Source: a virus (taxonomy: Duplodnaviria; Caudoviricetes). Taken from it: a stretch of 64,000 nt of DNA. Both the position numbers and the translations under genes were made by a program. This document shows, in pieces, positions 10,201 through 19,459 of this stretch. Each line of letters begins with the position of its first letter. The stretch's first letter is position 1. The notes beneath the pieces are model-generated. The model had not been told where the DNA came from. It searched no databases and worked only from the letters and a program-made list of their open reading frames with translations. The stretch lies in IMG/VR virus record IMGVR_UViG_3300042465_005116, positions 1-64,000 of that record. One strand, given 5' to 3'.

Positions 10201-11106
10201 ATCAATCGAACCAGTATAAATTGCAAGAGTACTATTTTTAGTATCTTGTGATTGTGTATAAGAATTTAATGATGATGTTGCAGATAAAATTGATGCGGTT
10301 ACATTTAATAATGTTTCCCATTTAGTATCAATTGAAGCCGTATAATTTGCAAGAGTACTATTTTTAGTATCTTGTGATTGCGTATAAGAATTTAATGAAG
10401 CAGTTGCAGATAAAATTGATGCGGTTACATTTAATAATGTTTCCCATTTAGTATCAATTGAAGCCGTATAAAGTTCTAAACTTGCAGTATAATTTCCTAA
10501 AGTTGAATTTTTAGTATCTTGTGAAGATGTGTAAGAATTTAGTGATGCGGTTGCTGATAAAATCGATGAGGTTACATTTAATAATGTTTCCCATTTAGTA
10601 TCAATTGAACCAGTATAATTTGCTAAAGTTAAATTTTTATCATTAATACTTCCAGTATAAGTTGCAAATGATGTATTGGATGATGATAAAATACCACTTC
10701 CTGGTACGGATATATTATCTATTGATGCAGAAACTGCATATAAATTTTTCCATTTACGAGTATCACTACCTAAATCGTATTGATTTGATGCAGAAGGTAT
10801 TAATGAACCACTCACTTGTGCAGTAACGATTATATTATCACTACCACTATCACCTAAATAAATATTTCCACTTAATCTTACATCTCTTGCGGTTAAATCA
10901 CCACTTAAAAGGATATTAGAAGCAGAAATATCACCAACTAAATTTATGTTACCATATGCGGGTGCACCTAATGGTAATAATGTATATGTACTTGAACCAC
11001 TTCCAAATTGGATTGAACCCGAACTTTGATGTAAATATAATTCACTCTCATCTAATGATGGAGATGCATTAGATGTACCTCTTCGTAATTGTAATATTGC
11101 AGCCAT
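7219..11106 (-). CDS. Long tail fibre protein with coiled-coil repeats and a C-terminal S74-like chaperone
   Basis: 1295 aa; SDIRLKNNI...GVIAQEIEE...YKAVKYDKLV at the C-terminus; 42-aa repeats. Confidence 0.85.
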   Translation of the reverse strand: MAAILQLRRGTSNASPSLDESELYLHQSSGSIQFGSGSSTYTLLPLGAPAYGNINLVGDISASNILLSGDLTARDVRLSGNIYLGDSGSDNIIVTAQVSGSLIPSASNQYDLGSDTRKWKNLYAVSASIDNISVPGSGILSSSNTSFATYTGSINDKNLTLANYTGSIDTKWETLLNVTSSILSATASLNSYTSSQDTKNSTLGNYTASLELYTASIDTKWETLLNVTASILSATASLNSYTQSQDTKNSTLANYTASIDTKWETLLNVTASILSATSSLNSYTQSQDTKNSTLAIYTGSIDTKWETLLNVTSSILSATASLNSYTQSQDTKNSTLGIYTESVNGRLNNLELKSSSVDDTLWSQSIKNSTLAIYTASIDTKWETLLNVTASVLSYTQSLKNAIELTGSSVTILGNLVVKGTQTTLDSNTIQLGDNIIELNGTGAANGGLLVKDPTAVSTISGSLLWDSVNDYWKSGKLGAESKILLAEGDSVVSGSSQIDLTSTTNYVSGIKTRLNVEGVISSSIQINLNDVTNFSTYSQSVDDRIKSLNSYTSSQDTKNSTLGNYTASIDLDLARIHESTSSLNSYTSSQDTKNLTLGNYTSSLDTKNLTLQNLTGSFATTGSNTFKGEQIISSSLIVTNEIKGIGNIFLQPDVNDARYFQIYNTAAPSGNDIHFKGNTDFNYFGDDTNYLKIDDSAQTVSIVGVNGVFVGSSLNVTGAVSASAGFTGSIIGEINATNGVVSGSSQVVYTSLSSIPAGIVSGSSQIPSLLPTGVVSGSQQLTGSYDLRYAPSASFATLLGANPLVSLGSAAFYNVTSSVDVVLVSGSINYTNNHLLTAGATKKYIDWRTEELLAAAAVADILSVSAGDGLGGGGLSGDVTLTLNTGSTHFTNGVDARLIPLTSLNSYTSSQDTKNSTLAIYTASIDSHISNLNSATSSYETNGRGIVSGSSQIFGGSGLVSGSSQITYANISSIPAGIVSGSSQIIYADISSIPAGIISGSSQLSGTTITDLTIVNLTTISETASVIFSSGSNRFGDFGNDTHEFTGSVQITGSLTTIGDVIATSFNGVINATNGVISGSSQLTATLPSGVVSGSSQIILLLPSGVVSGSSQVDADSITNFDSNVKAKLDVDGVISGSSQVTRTLQQITDTGASTTNAITISNATASTDKTTGAFIVTGGIGVSGGINAGGDIVAFASSDIRLKNNIKPIESPLEKISKINGCEFEWNDELQSIYSGKDYGVIAQEIEEVFPELVQTRENGYKAVKYDKLVSVLIEGIKELTKQVEYLKTKIEN
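9950..10640. repeat. Five copies of a 126-bp/42-aa unit core (YTASIDTKWETLLNVTASILSATASLNSYTQSQDTKNSTLA)
   Basis: The Trp-codon anchor 'ccca' occurs at 9960, 10191, 10317, 10443 and 10590 (spacings 231, 126, 126, 147). Confidence 0.9.
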
Positions 11107-11133
11107 TAATTGAAATTTCCTATTTTATTTCCT

Positions 11134-11141
11134 ATAAATAT
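11134..11141 (-). promoter_or_regulatory. Putative late promoter motif
   Basis: ATATTTAT 27 nt before the ATG at 11106. A second copy, ATACTTAT, is at 11189-11196. Confidence 0.5.
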
Positions 11142-11212
11142 AGATATTTAATAAAATGTAAGTAAGATATAATAGTTATACCACCTATATAAGTATTGAA
11201 AAATAAAAAGAT

Positions 11213-11244
11213 AAAAAAAATCCCCCACTATTGTGAGGGATTTT
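11213..11244 (-). terminator. Rho-independent terminator after the 1005-aa fibre gene
   Basis: Minus strand reads AAAATCCCTCAC-AATA-GTGGGGGATTTT followed by a T-run. Confidence 0.8.
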
Positions 11245-11264
11245 GATTTTTTATTTATTCCGTA

Positions 11265-14200
11265 TTAGAAAGTTCCACCATCTAATTCGTTTGAAGCAAT
11301 GAATGATGAACCATTCCATTGAATCAAATCACCAGCGTTTGATGGAGTTACTGAGATTAACTTTTTAGAACCATTCGATACTACGAATGAGTTAGCAGTT
11401 AATCCGGTAATTACCAAATCAGTTCCAATAGTTACTTTAACAGCATCATCAGAAATTTGAGAATTTACAAATAATCCACTTGCTCCTACTACTTGAACCG
11501 AACCTGATGTTGGAGTTGCACTGAATCTAGCAAGTTCTTTTTCAGAACCTAACGCTCCAGCTTTCCAATAATCAGATGTAGAATCCCAAAGTAAAGAACC
11601 AGATGCAGTGTTTGGATTGGTAACATCTTTTACTAATAAACCACCATTTGCTGCTCCACTTCCGTTCAATTCGATGATGTTATCACCAATTTGTACGGTC
11701 GTTGAATCAACTGTTGTAGTTGTACCTTGAACATATAAGTTACCAGCGATTGTTACTGAATCTGCGGTTGAGTTACCTAAGAAAACATCACCATTTGCAG
11801 TAAATGAACCAGAAACCGTTACGTTATCAGGTAAACCGATAGTTACTGTCCCACCTGAACCTAAAGTTACTGAACCACCTGTGATTTCAATTTCATTAGC
11901 TGTTCCTTGTACGGTCAATGAAGTATTACCTTCTACTGCAGTACCAGATGTTGAACCATAATCCACTTTTAATGAATTATCACCACCATCTAAAGAAAGA
12001 CCAGTTCCAGCAACATCAGCGTTTAAAGTTGCTGCGGTTACACCATTTGCTTTAATTGCAACGTTACCAGAAGTTACATCAAAGTTAGTAGATGAGAATG
12101 AAGCAACACCTTTTGCAGATGTACTTGCATTATCAGCTGTAATTGTAATTGTATTACCGGTTACTGCTGCAGAGATTGAATTTGAACCCGTTACTAATAA
12201 CGCTTCAGTTTTCAAATTAAGAGTATCATTACCAGTAGAACCACTAAATGCTAATGTACTTGCAATACCTGTTAAGTTACTACCATCTCCTGAGAATGTT
12301 CCAAAATGTGAACCACTAAATGAACCACTTGCAGATACATTTGTTAATGTTGCAAGATTGATTGTAGTTGAATCCAATTGAGAAGAACCAGAAACGATTC
12401 CTGCAGGGATTGAAGATATATTTGCGTATGTAATTTGAGATGAACCCGAAACTACTGTTTCTGCATCTAATTTAGCTTTAACATTTTCATCAAAATTAGT
12501 AATTGAATCTGCATTTACTTGTGCAGAACTACTAAATAATCCACTTCCGCCTAATATTTGAGATGAACCAGAAACTATACCATTTGTAGCGTTAATTGCT
12601 CCGTATACGTTAGTTGCGTAAACATTAGCAAATAATCTAGTATCAGAACCTAAACTACGAACATTAGAACCAGAAGGTATAATATCTGAAGTTAAATCTG
12701 CTGCGAATGATACTGTATCAGTTGTAGCATCACCAATTGTGATATTACCACCTAAAGTTAAGTTACCATCAATTTTAGCGTTTCCTGTGATATTCAAAGA
12801 TGAACCTGAAATACCAGCAAGATTCACATTTGAACCTGATAAGTTTGCAACTACTTGTGCTGAACCACTTACAATTCCACCTGGTTTACCATTAAGGTTT
12901 TCCCATGTAGCTGCTGCGGTTGATGCACTGATTGCTGTTGCTACTGAACTACTATAATCAGTAAATCCAGTTGTTGATGAAATTGTAATTTGAGATGAAC
13001 CCGAAACTACTGAATCGCCACCTGCTAAAAGAATTTTAATTTCAGAATCTTTAACTCCAGCCTTCCAGTAATCATTTGTAGTATCCCACAATAGAGAACC
13101 AGTTGCAGTGTTTGGTGCGGTTGCATCTTTTACATATAAACCACCATTTGCTGCTGCCGAACCATTCAATTCGATAATATTATCACCGATTTGAACCGTT
13201 GTAGAATCAACAATAGTTTGTGTTCCTGCTACTGTAAAGTTACCAGGAATAGTTACATTACCACTAAATGTTACATCTGCACCACTTGCAGTAAATGCTG
13301 CTCTTAATGATGAAGTGTATGAATTGATAGCAGAAAGACTAGTATCAACTGATGCAGTATAAGTTGCTAAAGTTGAATCTTTACTTTCTTGAGAACTACT
13401 AAATGTATTTAATGCACTTAATATACCAACTACTTGAGATGAACCTGAAACTACTCCATCAGCATCTAATTTAGCTTTAACATTTTCATCAAAATTAGTA
13501 ATTGAATCCGCATCTACTTGTGAAGAACCAGAAACGGTCCCCGTTGGTAATAATGGAATGATACCTGCTGAACCTGAAATTACTCCATCAGCATCTAATT
13601 TAGATTTAACGTTTGAATCAAAGTTAGTAATCGAATCTGCATCAATTTGAGATGAACCCGATACTAATGTTGGTAATGAACTAATTTCACTAAAAGTTAC
13701 TTGAGAAGAACCACTAACAATTCCCGCTGGAATTGAAGAGATACTTACATAAGATATTTGTGAAGAACCCGATACTGTACCGGTTGGTAATAATGGGATG
13801 ATACCAGCTGAACCTGAAATTACACCGTCAGCATCTAATTTAGCTTTAACGTTTTCATCAAAGTTAGTGATTGAATCCGCATCTACTTGTGCAGAACTTG
13901 AAATAGTTCCAGTCGGTAATAAAGCAGCAACTTGACCAGAACCTGAAACGATTCCTGTTCCGCCAGTATTTGCTGTTGCTTTTACCTCAACATTACCACC
14001 TTTATTAACGATGAATAATTTTTCAGTTGATGTGTTATAAAATGGAATACCATCTATTGAGGTATCATATGTTGCTCCTGTTAAATCAGGTGTTGCAGTT
14101 CCTTGTAAAATTTTATTTGCGGGAGTTACTGTTGAACCATCAATACCTACGAATAAGATTGAGTTACCATTAGTTGCTGTGATTCCTGCTGAACCCGTTA

Positions 14201-14282
14201 CAACTAATAATTCACCTGCTCTTTTTGTAGCACTTGATACGGATTCTAACGAACCCCTCCTATGTTTAATTATTTGTGCCAT
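11265..14282 (-). CDS. Long tail fibre-like protein
   Basis: MAQIIKHRRG start, repeated QVDADSITNFDENVKAKLDADGV and SGSSQ units, and two copies of the QIGDNIIELNG...LLWD module. Confidence 0.75.
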   Translation of the reverse strand: MAQIIKHRRGSLESVSSATKRAGELLVVTGSAGITATNGNSILFVGIDGSTVTPANKILQGTATPDLTGATYDTSIDGIPFYNTSTEKLFIVNKGGNVEVKATANTGGTGIVSGSGQVAALLPTGTISSSAQVDADSITNFDENVKAKLDADGVISGSAGIIPLLPTGTVSGSSQISYVSISSIPAGIVSGSSQVTFSEISSLPTLVSGSSQIDADSITNFDSNVKSKLDADGVISGSAGIIPLLPTGTVSGSSQVDADSITNFDENVKAKLDADGVVSGSSQVVGILSALNTFSSSQESKDSTLATYTASVDTSLSAINSYTSSLRAAFTASGADVTFSGNVTIPGNFTVAGTQTIVDSTTVQIGDNIIELNGSAAANGGLYVKDATAPNTATGSLLWDTTNDYWKAGVKDSEIKILLAGGDSVVSGSSQITISSTTGFTDYSSSVATAISASTAAATWENLNGKPGGIVSGSAQVVANLSGSNVNLAGISGSSLNITGNAKIDGNLTLGGNITIGDATTDTVSFAADLTSDIIPSGSNVRSLGSDTRLFANVYATNVYGAINATNGIVSGSSQILGGSGLFSSSAQVNADSITNFDENVKAKLDAETVVSGSSQITYANISSIPAGIVSGSSQLDSTTINLATLTNVSASGSFSGSHFGTFSGDGSNLTGIASTLAFSGSTGNDTLNLKTEALLVTGSNSISAAVTGNTITITADNASTSAKGVASFSSTNFDVTSGNVAIKANGVTAATLNADVAGTGLSLDGGDNSLKVDYGSTSGTAVEGNTSLTVQGTANEIEITGGSVTLGSGGTVTIGLPDNVTVSGSFTANGDVFLGNSTADSVTIAGNLYVQGTTTTVDSTTVQIGDNIIELNGSGAANGGLLVKDVTNPNTASGSLLWDSTSDYWKAGALGSEKELARFSATPTSGSVQVVGASGLFVNSQISDDAVKVTIGTDLVITGLTANSFVVSNGSKKLISVTPSNAGDLIQWNGSSFIASNELDGGTF

Positions 14283-14382
14283 TGTTTTCCTTCTTTGTTT
14301 TTTTAATTTAAATGATAACCTTTATTTTTTTGGTTGTAAGGACATATGCCTAAATAATAAAACACTATGTAGTGTTATGAAT

Positions 14383-14390
14383 ATAAGTAT
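14383..14390 (-). promoter_or_regulatory. Putative late promoter motif followed by a small hairpin
   Basis: ATACTTAT, with the inverted repeat AACACTA-TG-TAGTGTT at 14361-14376 just downstream on the minus strand. Confidence 0.45.
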
Positions 14391-14408
14391 GAAGATATTT
14401 TAGATTTA

Positions 14409-14966
14409 TTATATTTTACCGCAATCAATTGTAAAAGAACCTGAAGAAATTACAGATTCTACTCCACTTTGAAAATGTAAAGAGCCAGTATCTAATGAAA
14501 ATGATATTGTAGTTCCAGATACTGAGCCGGTTAATCCATTAGATGCTTCGTATGTGTTACCACCACCAAAAGTGTAAGTGTTCCAAGTAATAGAATCACT
14601 AAACGTATTCGAGAAATCTGCGTATGTTACATCAGCCTGATATAATGTGTTGGTATCTACAACATAAACGATTTGACCATCTGTAAAATAATTTGCATAA
14701 ACAGCGGTTAAATCTGCATAAGTTGGGTAGATTTGAAATGCCCCTCTATTACTTAATAGGACTTCCTCCCAACCATTAACATTCGCTACATTTGAGGTAT
14801 CTTTTAATACCCATATAGTGTTTGTATCGCGTTGATAGACAAGTAAACCTTCATATATGTTTGCGGCGGATAATGCATAACGTGCCGATTGGTCTGCTAA
14901 ACTAAATCTAGCATCGACTGGGTCACTATTCGTTATATTAAATCCACCAGGTAATATGATTGCCAT
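14409..14966 (-). CDS. Putative virion/fibre-associated protein
   Basis: 185 aa; N-terminal PGGFNITNSDPVDAR...YEGLLVY motif; lies among fibre genes. Confidence 0.6.
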   Translation of the reverse strand: MAIILPGGFNITNSDPVDARFSLADQSARYALSAANIYEGLLVYQRDTNTIWVLKDTSNVANVNGWEEVLLSNRGAFQIYPTYADLTAVYANYFTDGQIVYVVDTNTLYQADVTYADFSNTFSDSITWNTYTFGGGNTYEASNGLTGSVSGTTISFSLDTGSLHFQSGVESVISSGSFTIDCGKI

Positions 14967-14986
14967 TTTGTATCTTTTCTATTTTA

Positions 14987-17596
14987 TTACGTTAATATAT
15001 ATGTTATACTACTTCCTGCACCACCTGCTTGTAAAGTAGTTGTTTTGTAAACTTTGTATTGACCAACTGTTGTCACTGCAAATGAACCTAATACTCCAAA
15101 TCCGCTTGTAGTAATGTTTGATAAATTCGATAGTGAACTATTGAATACTATATAATGGTATTTATCACCAGTCCAACTTATTGTTACACTTTGACCACTT
15201 GCAGTAGTTGTTCCTTTCACAATCGTTCCTATTGCACCACCCAATGTAGTATCCCACAATGCTAAGGTTTCCAATTCTCCTGCCGTAAATGATGTTGCTG
15301 CACTTGCACCATGTCTTAAACTTATAATCTTACTATAAGTATTAGTAGTAGTCGATGTTGTTGTTAAATCAGGACTATTATCACCTGAAGGAGATTCGTA
15401 GTTTGCAGTTGCGGTTATACTAATCGAAGTAGAACCGGTTGCAGAACCCGTTACATAATAAGGTGATGCCACATTGGTTGTTACACTTGTCAAATTCCAA
15501 CTATTAGAAGGATTTGCCGAAGATGATGTAAATGTTATACTACCAGTTGCTCCCTGTTCAATTTGATTTGAACTATATCCTAACTGAACCGATGGAGTTG
15601 AACTCAATGTCGGATTAGCAGGATTTGATTTAGATAAAGTTCCCGTTGTTGTAGTTGAGGTTTTATATAATGAACCATCTAATGGTGAACTTGCTGTATA
15701 TTGTAAAGTATAGGTATGTGAACCTGATGTTGTTGTACTATATGTTAAAGATGTTCCGCTACCAACTTGTGTTAATAGAGTTGCCCCTTCATATAAAGAT
15801 GCACTTACTATTGTATATCCTTGATTATTCCAAGTTCCATTAACTGAATACGCATCGGTTACTCTATTGAATCGATTTGTTTCAAATCCACTTAGAGATG
15901 CTGCTACTGATGTTGGTGCGGTTGGTGTTCCAAAAATAAATTTAAGAACTCCGTTTGTAAATGTTACTGCGGTATTATTATCAAAATCTGCAACTTCTAT
16001 TCCTGTCAATTGCTCAACACTATTAGTTACATAGTTAATGTAACCACTACTTTGAGATAATGATTCTAATGTAGTTGCTATTGATGAACTAAATGTGGTT
16101 AAATCAGCATCAGTTGCAAATACGCCATCTAATGATGATGTTATTTGGTCAGAACTACTTACAATACCATTTGGAAGATTACTTAAATCAGTAAATGAAA
16201 TTTGAGATGAACCAGATACTATTCCATCACTTCCAGCCAATAATATATTTTGTTCACTATCTTTAGGGCCGGCAATCCATCTATCATTAATGGAATCCCA
16301 AAGTAAAGAACCAGATATTTCATTTGGACTATCTGCATCTTTAACTAATAAACCACCATGTTGTAAACCCCTACCATTTAGTTCGATAATATTATCACCT
16401 AACTGAATTGTTGTTGAGTTAATTGTGGTAGTTGTTCCCTTAACTGTTAAGTTACCATTAATTGTTACATTCGTACCACTTGCAGTAATTGCTGCATTAA
16501 GTGATTGGGTAAATGAGTTAAATGAACTCGATAAAAGGAATCCTGCTCTTTGAATTTGAGTAGAACCACTTATTGTACCAGAAGGAACACCTGATGATGC
16601 TAATGAATCTACATCTGCTCTAAGTCCTACAATTGATGCAGTCATTAGAGATGATGATATTGCTAATTCTGCTACTGATTGACTTGTAGCGTAACTTCCA
16701 CTTACAAATCCTAATGCAGATATTTGTGCTGATGAACTTATTAAATCTGATGGTAGAATTACGTTTTGAACACTACCACTTAGGGTATATCTTGAATCAA
16801 ATGAACCCGTTAGTTGTGATGAACCACTAATAGTACCACTTGGTACTGAATCTGATGAACTGACAAATCCTAACGCTGTAATTTGTGCAGAAGAACTGAT
16901 TGTTCCTGTCGGTATAGTTGCTCCACCACCAAAACTACCTGTTTGAGAACCTAAAGTTGCAAACTTAGTATCAATTGATGAGGTGAATGTATTTAATGCA
17001 TATATATCAGTTGAAGAACTGACAAATCCCAATGAAGTTATTTGTGCAGAACCACTAATAGTTCCGGTAGGTACTGAAGCAGATGAACTAACAAATCCTA
17101 ATGCGGTAATTTGTGAACTACCACTTATAATACCATTCGGTACGTTTATAAGTTGAGTATAATCATCCGTACCACCTCCTCCACCCCCTACTACATATCC
17201 TAACGCACTGATTTGTGCAGATGAACTAATAATTCCTCTACCCTTTGTTTCGTAAGATGAAGTTGCTTGGGTTAAGTTTGAAAGTTGTGAATTAACCGAT
17301 GCAGTATAAGTAGCAAGGGTTAAATCCTTAGTATTTTGTGAACCACTAAAAGTATTTAAATCCGTTAAGATACCAACGATTTGAGATGAACCACTAACTA
17401 ATGTTGGTGCGTTAACAATACTACCAAAATTGATATTAGTTAATCCTGCACCATTACCCGTAAAGGTATTGGCCCTTATATTACCAGATGCGGTTATACT
17501 CGTAGCAACTAAAGACCCACTTACTGTGAATATTCCTTCAATTACTGAAGCGGTTACAACCCCCTGTATTTGTTTACTTTTAATAAGTGTAGCCAT
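14987..17596 (-). CDS. Tail fibre-like protein with C-terminal beta-rich (Ig-like) domains
   Basis: Tandem GTISGSAQITALGFVSSS repeats, a shared QLGDNIIELNG module and a Thr-rich C-terminus. Confidence 0.7.
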   Translation of the reverse strand: MATLIKSKQIQGVVTASVIEGIFTVSGSLVATSITASGNIRANTFTGNGAGLTNINFGSIVNAPTLVSGSSQIVGILTDLNTFSGSQNTKDLTLATYTASVNSQLSNLTQATSSYETKGRGIISSSAQISALGYVVGGGGGGTDDYTQLINVPNGIISGSSQITALGFVSSSASVPTGTISGSAQITSLGFVSSSTDIYALNTFTSSIDTKFATLGSQTGSFGGGATIPTGTISSSAQITALGFVSSSDSVPSGTISGSSQLTGSFDSRYTLSGSVQNVILPSDLISSSAQISALGFVSGSYATSQSVAELAISSSLMTASIVGLRADVDSLASSGVPSGTISGSTQIQRAGFLLSSSFNSFTQSLNAAITASGTNVTINGNLTVKGTTTTINSTTIQLGDNIIELNGRGLQHGGLLVKDADSPNEISGSLLWDSINDRWIAGPKDSEQNILLAGSDGIVSGSSQISFTDLSNLPNGIVSSSDQITSSLDGVFATDADLTTFSSSIATTLESLSQSSGYINYVTNSVEQLTGIEVADFDNNTAVTFTNGVLKFIFGTPTAPTSVAASLSGFETNRFNRVTDAYSVNGTWNNQGYTIVSASLYEGATLLTQVGSGTSLTYSTTTSGSHTYTLQYTASSPLDGSLYKTSTTTTGTLSKSNPANPTLSSTPSVQLGYSSNQIEQGATGSITFTSSSANPSNSWNLTSVTTNVASPYYVTGSATGSTSISITATANYESPSGDNSPDLTTTSTTTNTYSKIISLRHGASAATSFTAGELETLALWDTTLGGAIGTIVKGTTTASGQSVTISWTGDKYHYIVFNSSLSNLSNITTSGFGVLGSFAVTTVGQYKVYKTTTLQAGGAGSSITYILT

Positions 17597-17601
17597 AATT
17601 C

Positions 17602-17988
17602 TTAAATATCCACTAGTTTTCCTTTAACCATAAATTCACTTATAAGAATCTCACTTGGAGTATAAGCTATTGCTTGATTAAATGTTATTATTATATTATT
17701 ACCACTGGTTGTAACATCATATGAAGTTGGTTCTTGTAATATACCTTGTAGATATACATCTACATAATCTTTGGTATTATTAAATTTTAATTCTTCAAAT
17801 TCAAATTTTTTATTAGTTAAAGTTAATGTAAATAGTGTATCAGTAAGTTCATCTAACTCCATATCATCAGTACCACCTATTAATTGGTATGAACGTCTAA
17901 ATGTATCATCAAATACTTCATATATTAATTCCTTTACACGAGTTCTATCGTTAAAAGGAATTTTTTTTATTTTTGGTGCTACTTTCAT
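17602..17988 (-). CDS. Hypothetical structural protein
   Basis: 128 aa; DVYLQGILQ...YDV....NNIIITFN resembles the beta module at the C-terminus of the tail-terminator-like protein. Confidence 0.6.
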   Translation of the reverse strand: MKVAPKIKKIPFNDRTRVKELIYEVFDDTFRRSYQLIGGTDDMELDELTDTLFTLTLTNKKFEFEELKFNNTKDYVDVYLQGILQEPTSYDVTTSGNNIIITFNQAIAYTPSEILISEFMVKGKLVDI

Positions 17989-18317
17989 AGTATTTCAAAA
18001 TCTCCCTTCATTACAATATTATCGTTTGTAGTAATATCATATGCGTTTACAAAATTAGCTTTTTTAAATTTAACTAAAATATCTGCATTATACCCTTCCA
18101 TCACATAATCTTTTTCGGATATGTATTGCCCGTTAATAAATATATCAAAACGTGCGTGTTCGCTTCGTAAAGGTCTAAGAAAGGATTCTAAATCTTTAAG
18201 TTTAGTATTTTTTGCACCCCATACCCAATATAGTGGGTGATTCATATCCATTGGTATCAATGAATACTCATTTTGGTCTTCAATTTGTTTTAATATTTTA
18301 TTTAAATCATATATCAT
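17985..18317 (-). CDS. Hypothetical structural protein
   Basis: 110 aa; FDIFINGQYI module; overlaps both neighbours (ATGA coupling). Confidence 0.6.
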   Translation of the reverse strand: MIYDLNKILKQIEDQNEYSLIPMDMNHPLYWVWGAKNTKLKDLESFLRPLRSEHARFDIFINGQYISEKDYVMEGYNADILVKFKKANFVNAYDITTNDNIVMKGDFEIL

Positions 18318-19459
18318 AATTCAATAAATTTTCCAGTTACTGCTATTTCATCAGTAGTTTCTATTGGGTATCCTAATTCATCCTCATTTGGATTTTCTAT
18401 AATTTCTGCACCACCAAAAACAAATTGAATTTCATTTGTAGTAGCATCATATGAATAAGTGTATTTTCTAAATGGGATTAATACTCCATTTATATAAACC
18501 TTAAACCATTCTCCTGCAGCAACATATGTATTTCTCAATTCTGGCGGGCATATAGGTAGTTTTACATTGGTTAACTTAATAGTAGATGAGTTGATAAAGA
18601 TTGGTGCAAATGAACTTCCCAATACACCACCTTGTGCCCCTCTAATAGTAATAAAATCAATTAGGTCTGAATATTCATTATACATTTGTTGTCTTGTATA
18701 ATTTACATTACCACCAGATAAATCAGTTTCTATACCCCATACTACTTTTTTAGGAGATAATGATTTTTTAGTAGTCGGTTGATTATCAAATTTTTCAGGT
18801 AGTAAATACGCATTGACTGTCATTGTAAATGTAGTTCTTACAATTCTTTGTGCACCATCCCCTACTTCCTGTTGATTCTCGAACGAATCTATTTTTGTAC
18901 GAAATTTAAAACCAGATTGGTCTCCCCAATATTCATCCGTTGCATATTGAAATGCTTCAACAATTTTATTCATATGCTCAGTAAAATCTGTCCATATAAT
19001 AACATCATATGTTACACTAACATAATCCGGCATTGTTATATTGTATTGTTCGACTGGTCTTTTAGTATCGGTCATCAAACTAAACTTATCATACTTATGT
19101 TTTTTAGAATACATAGATATGGTAGGATATGATACATGACGATTCATTGTATTAGCCAATGATTCATCTCTCGCAATTGAATTTCTTTTAAAGACAATTA
19201 TTGGTGTTTGAACTTGGCCATTTTTATCTCTTAAAAAGCCATCTCTTCTTATAGCTTTCCATCTTTCTGGATTACCATATATTACAGGTACTTTTATTGA
19301 TTCACCTAAGATTTCTAAACTAGGAACGACAGTATCTACCATATGTTCAGCAATTGCTAAATCAACATCATATAACTTAACTCCTTTGAACTGATTTTTA
19401 GGTTCAGTTTTAAGTTGTTCTGCTCTATTTAGTGGTTTTTTTAGTGGGTCTACTGCCAT
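18314..19459 (-). CDS. Tail terminator / sheath stabiliser (T4 gp15-like)
   Basis: KVPVIYGNPERW, MPDYVSVTYDVIIWT and RIVRTTFTMTVNAYL patterns; position after the neck genes. Confidence 0.6.
   Translation of the reverse strand: MAVDPLKKPLNRAEQLKTEPKNQFKGVKLYDVDLAIAEHMVDTVVPSLEILGESIKVPVIYGNPERWKAIRRDGFLRDKNGQVQTPIIVFKRNSIARDESLANTMNRHVSYPTISMYSKKHKYDKFSLMTDTKRPVEQYNITMPDYVSVTYDVIIWTDFTEHMNKIVEAFQYATDEYWGDQSGFKFRTKIDSFENQQEVGDGAQRIVRTTFTMTVNAYLLPEKFDNQPTTKKSLSPKKVVWGIETDLSGGNVNYTRQQMYNEYSDLIDFITIRGAQGGVLGSSFAPIFINSSTIKLTNVKLPICPPELRNTYVAAGEWFKVYINGVLIPFRKYTYSYDATTNEIQFVFGGAEIIENPNEDELGYPIETTDEIAVTGKFIEL

Noticed and set aside
2960-17596. Diversity-generating retroelement acting on the fibres
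   Set aside because: No reverse transcriptase in the window, and repeat copies I compared differ at varied, mostly synonymous positions rather than adenine-specifically.
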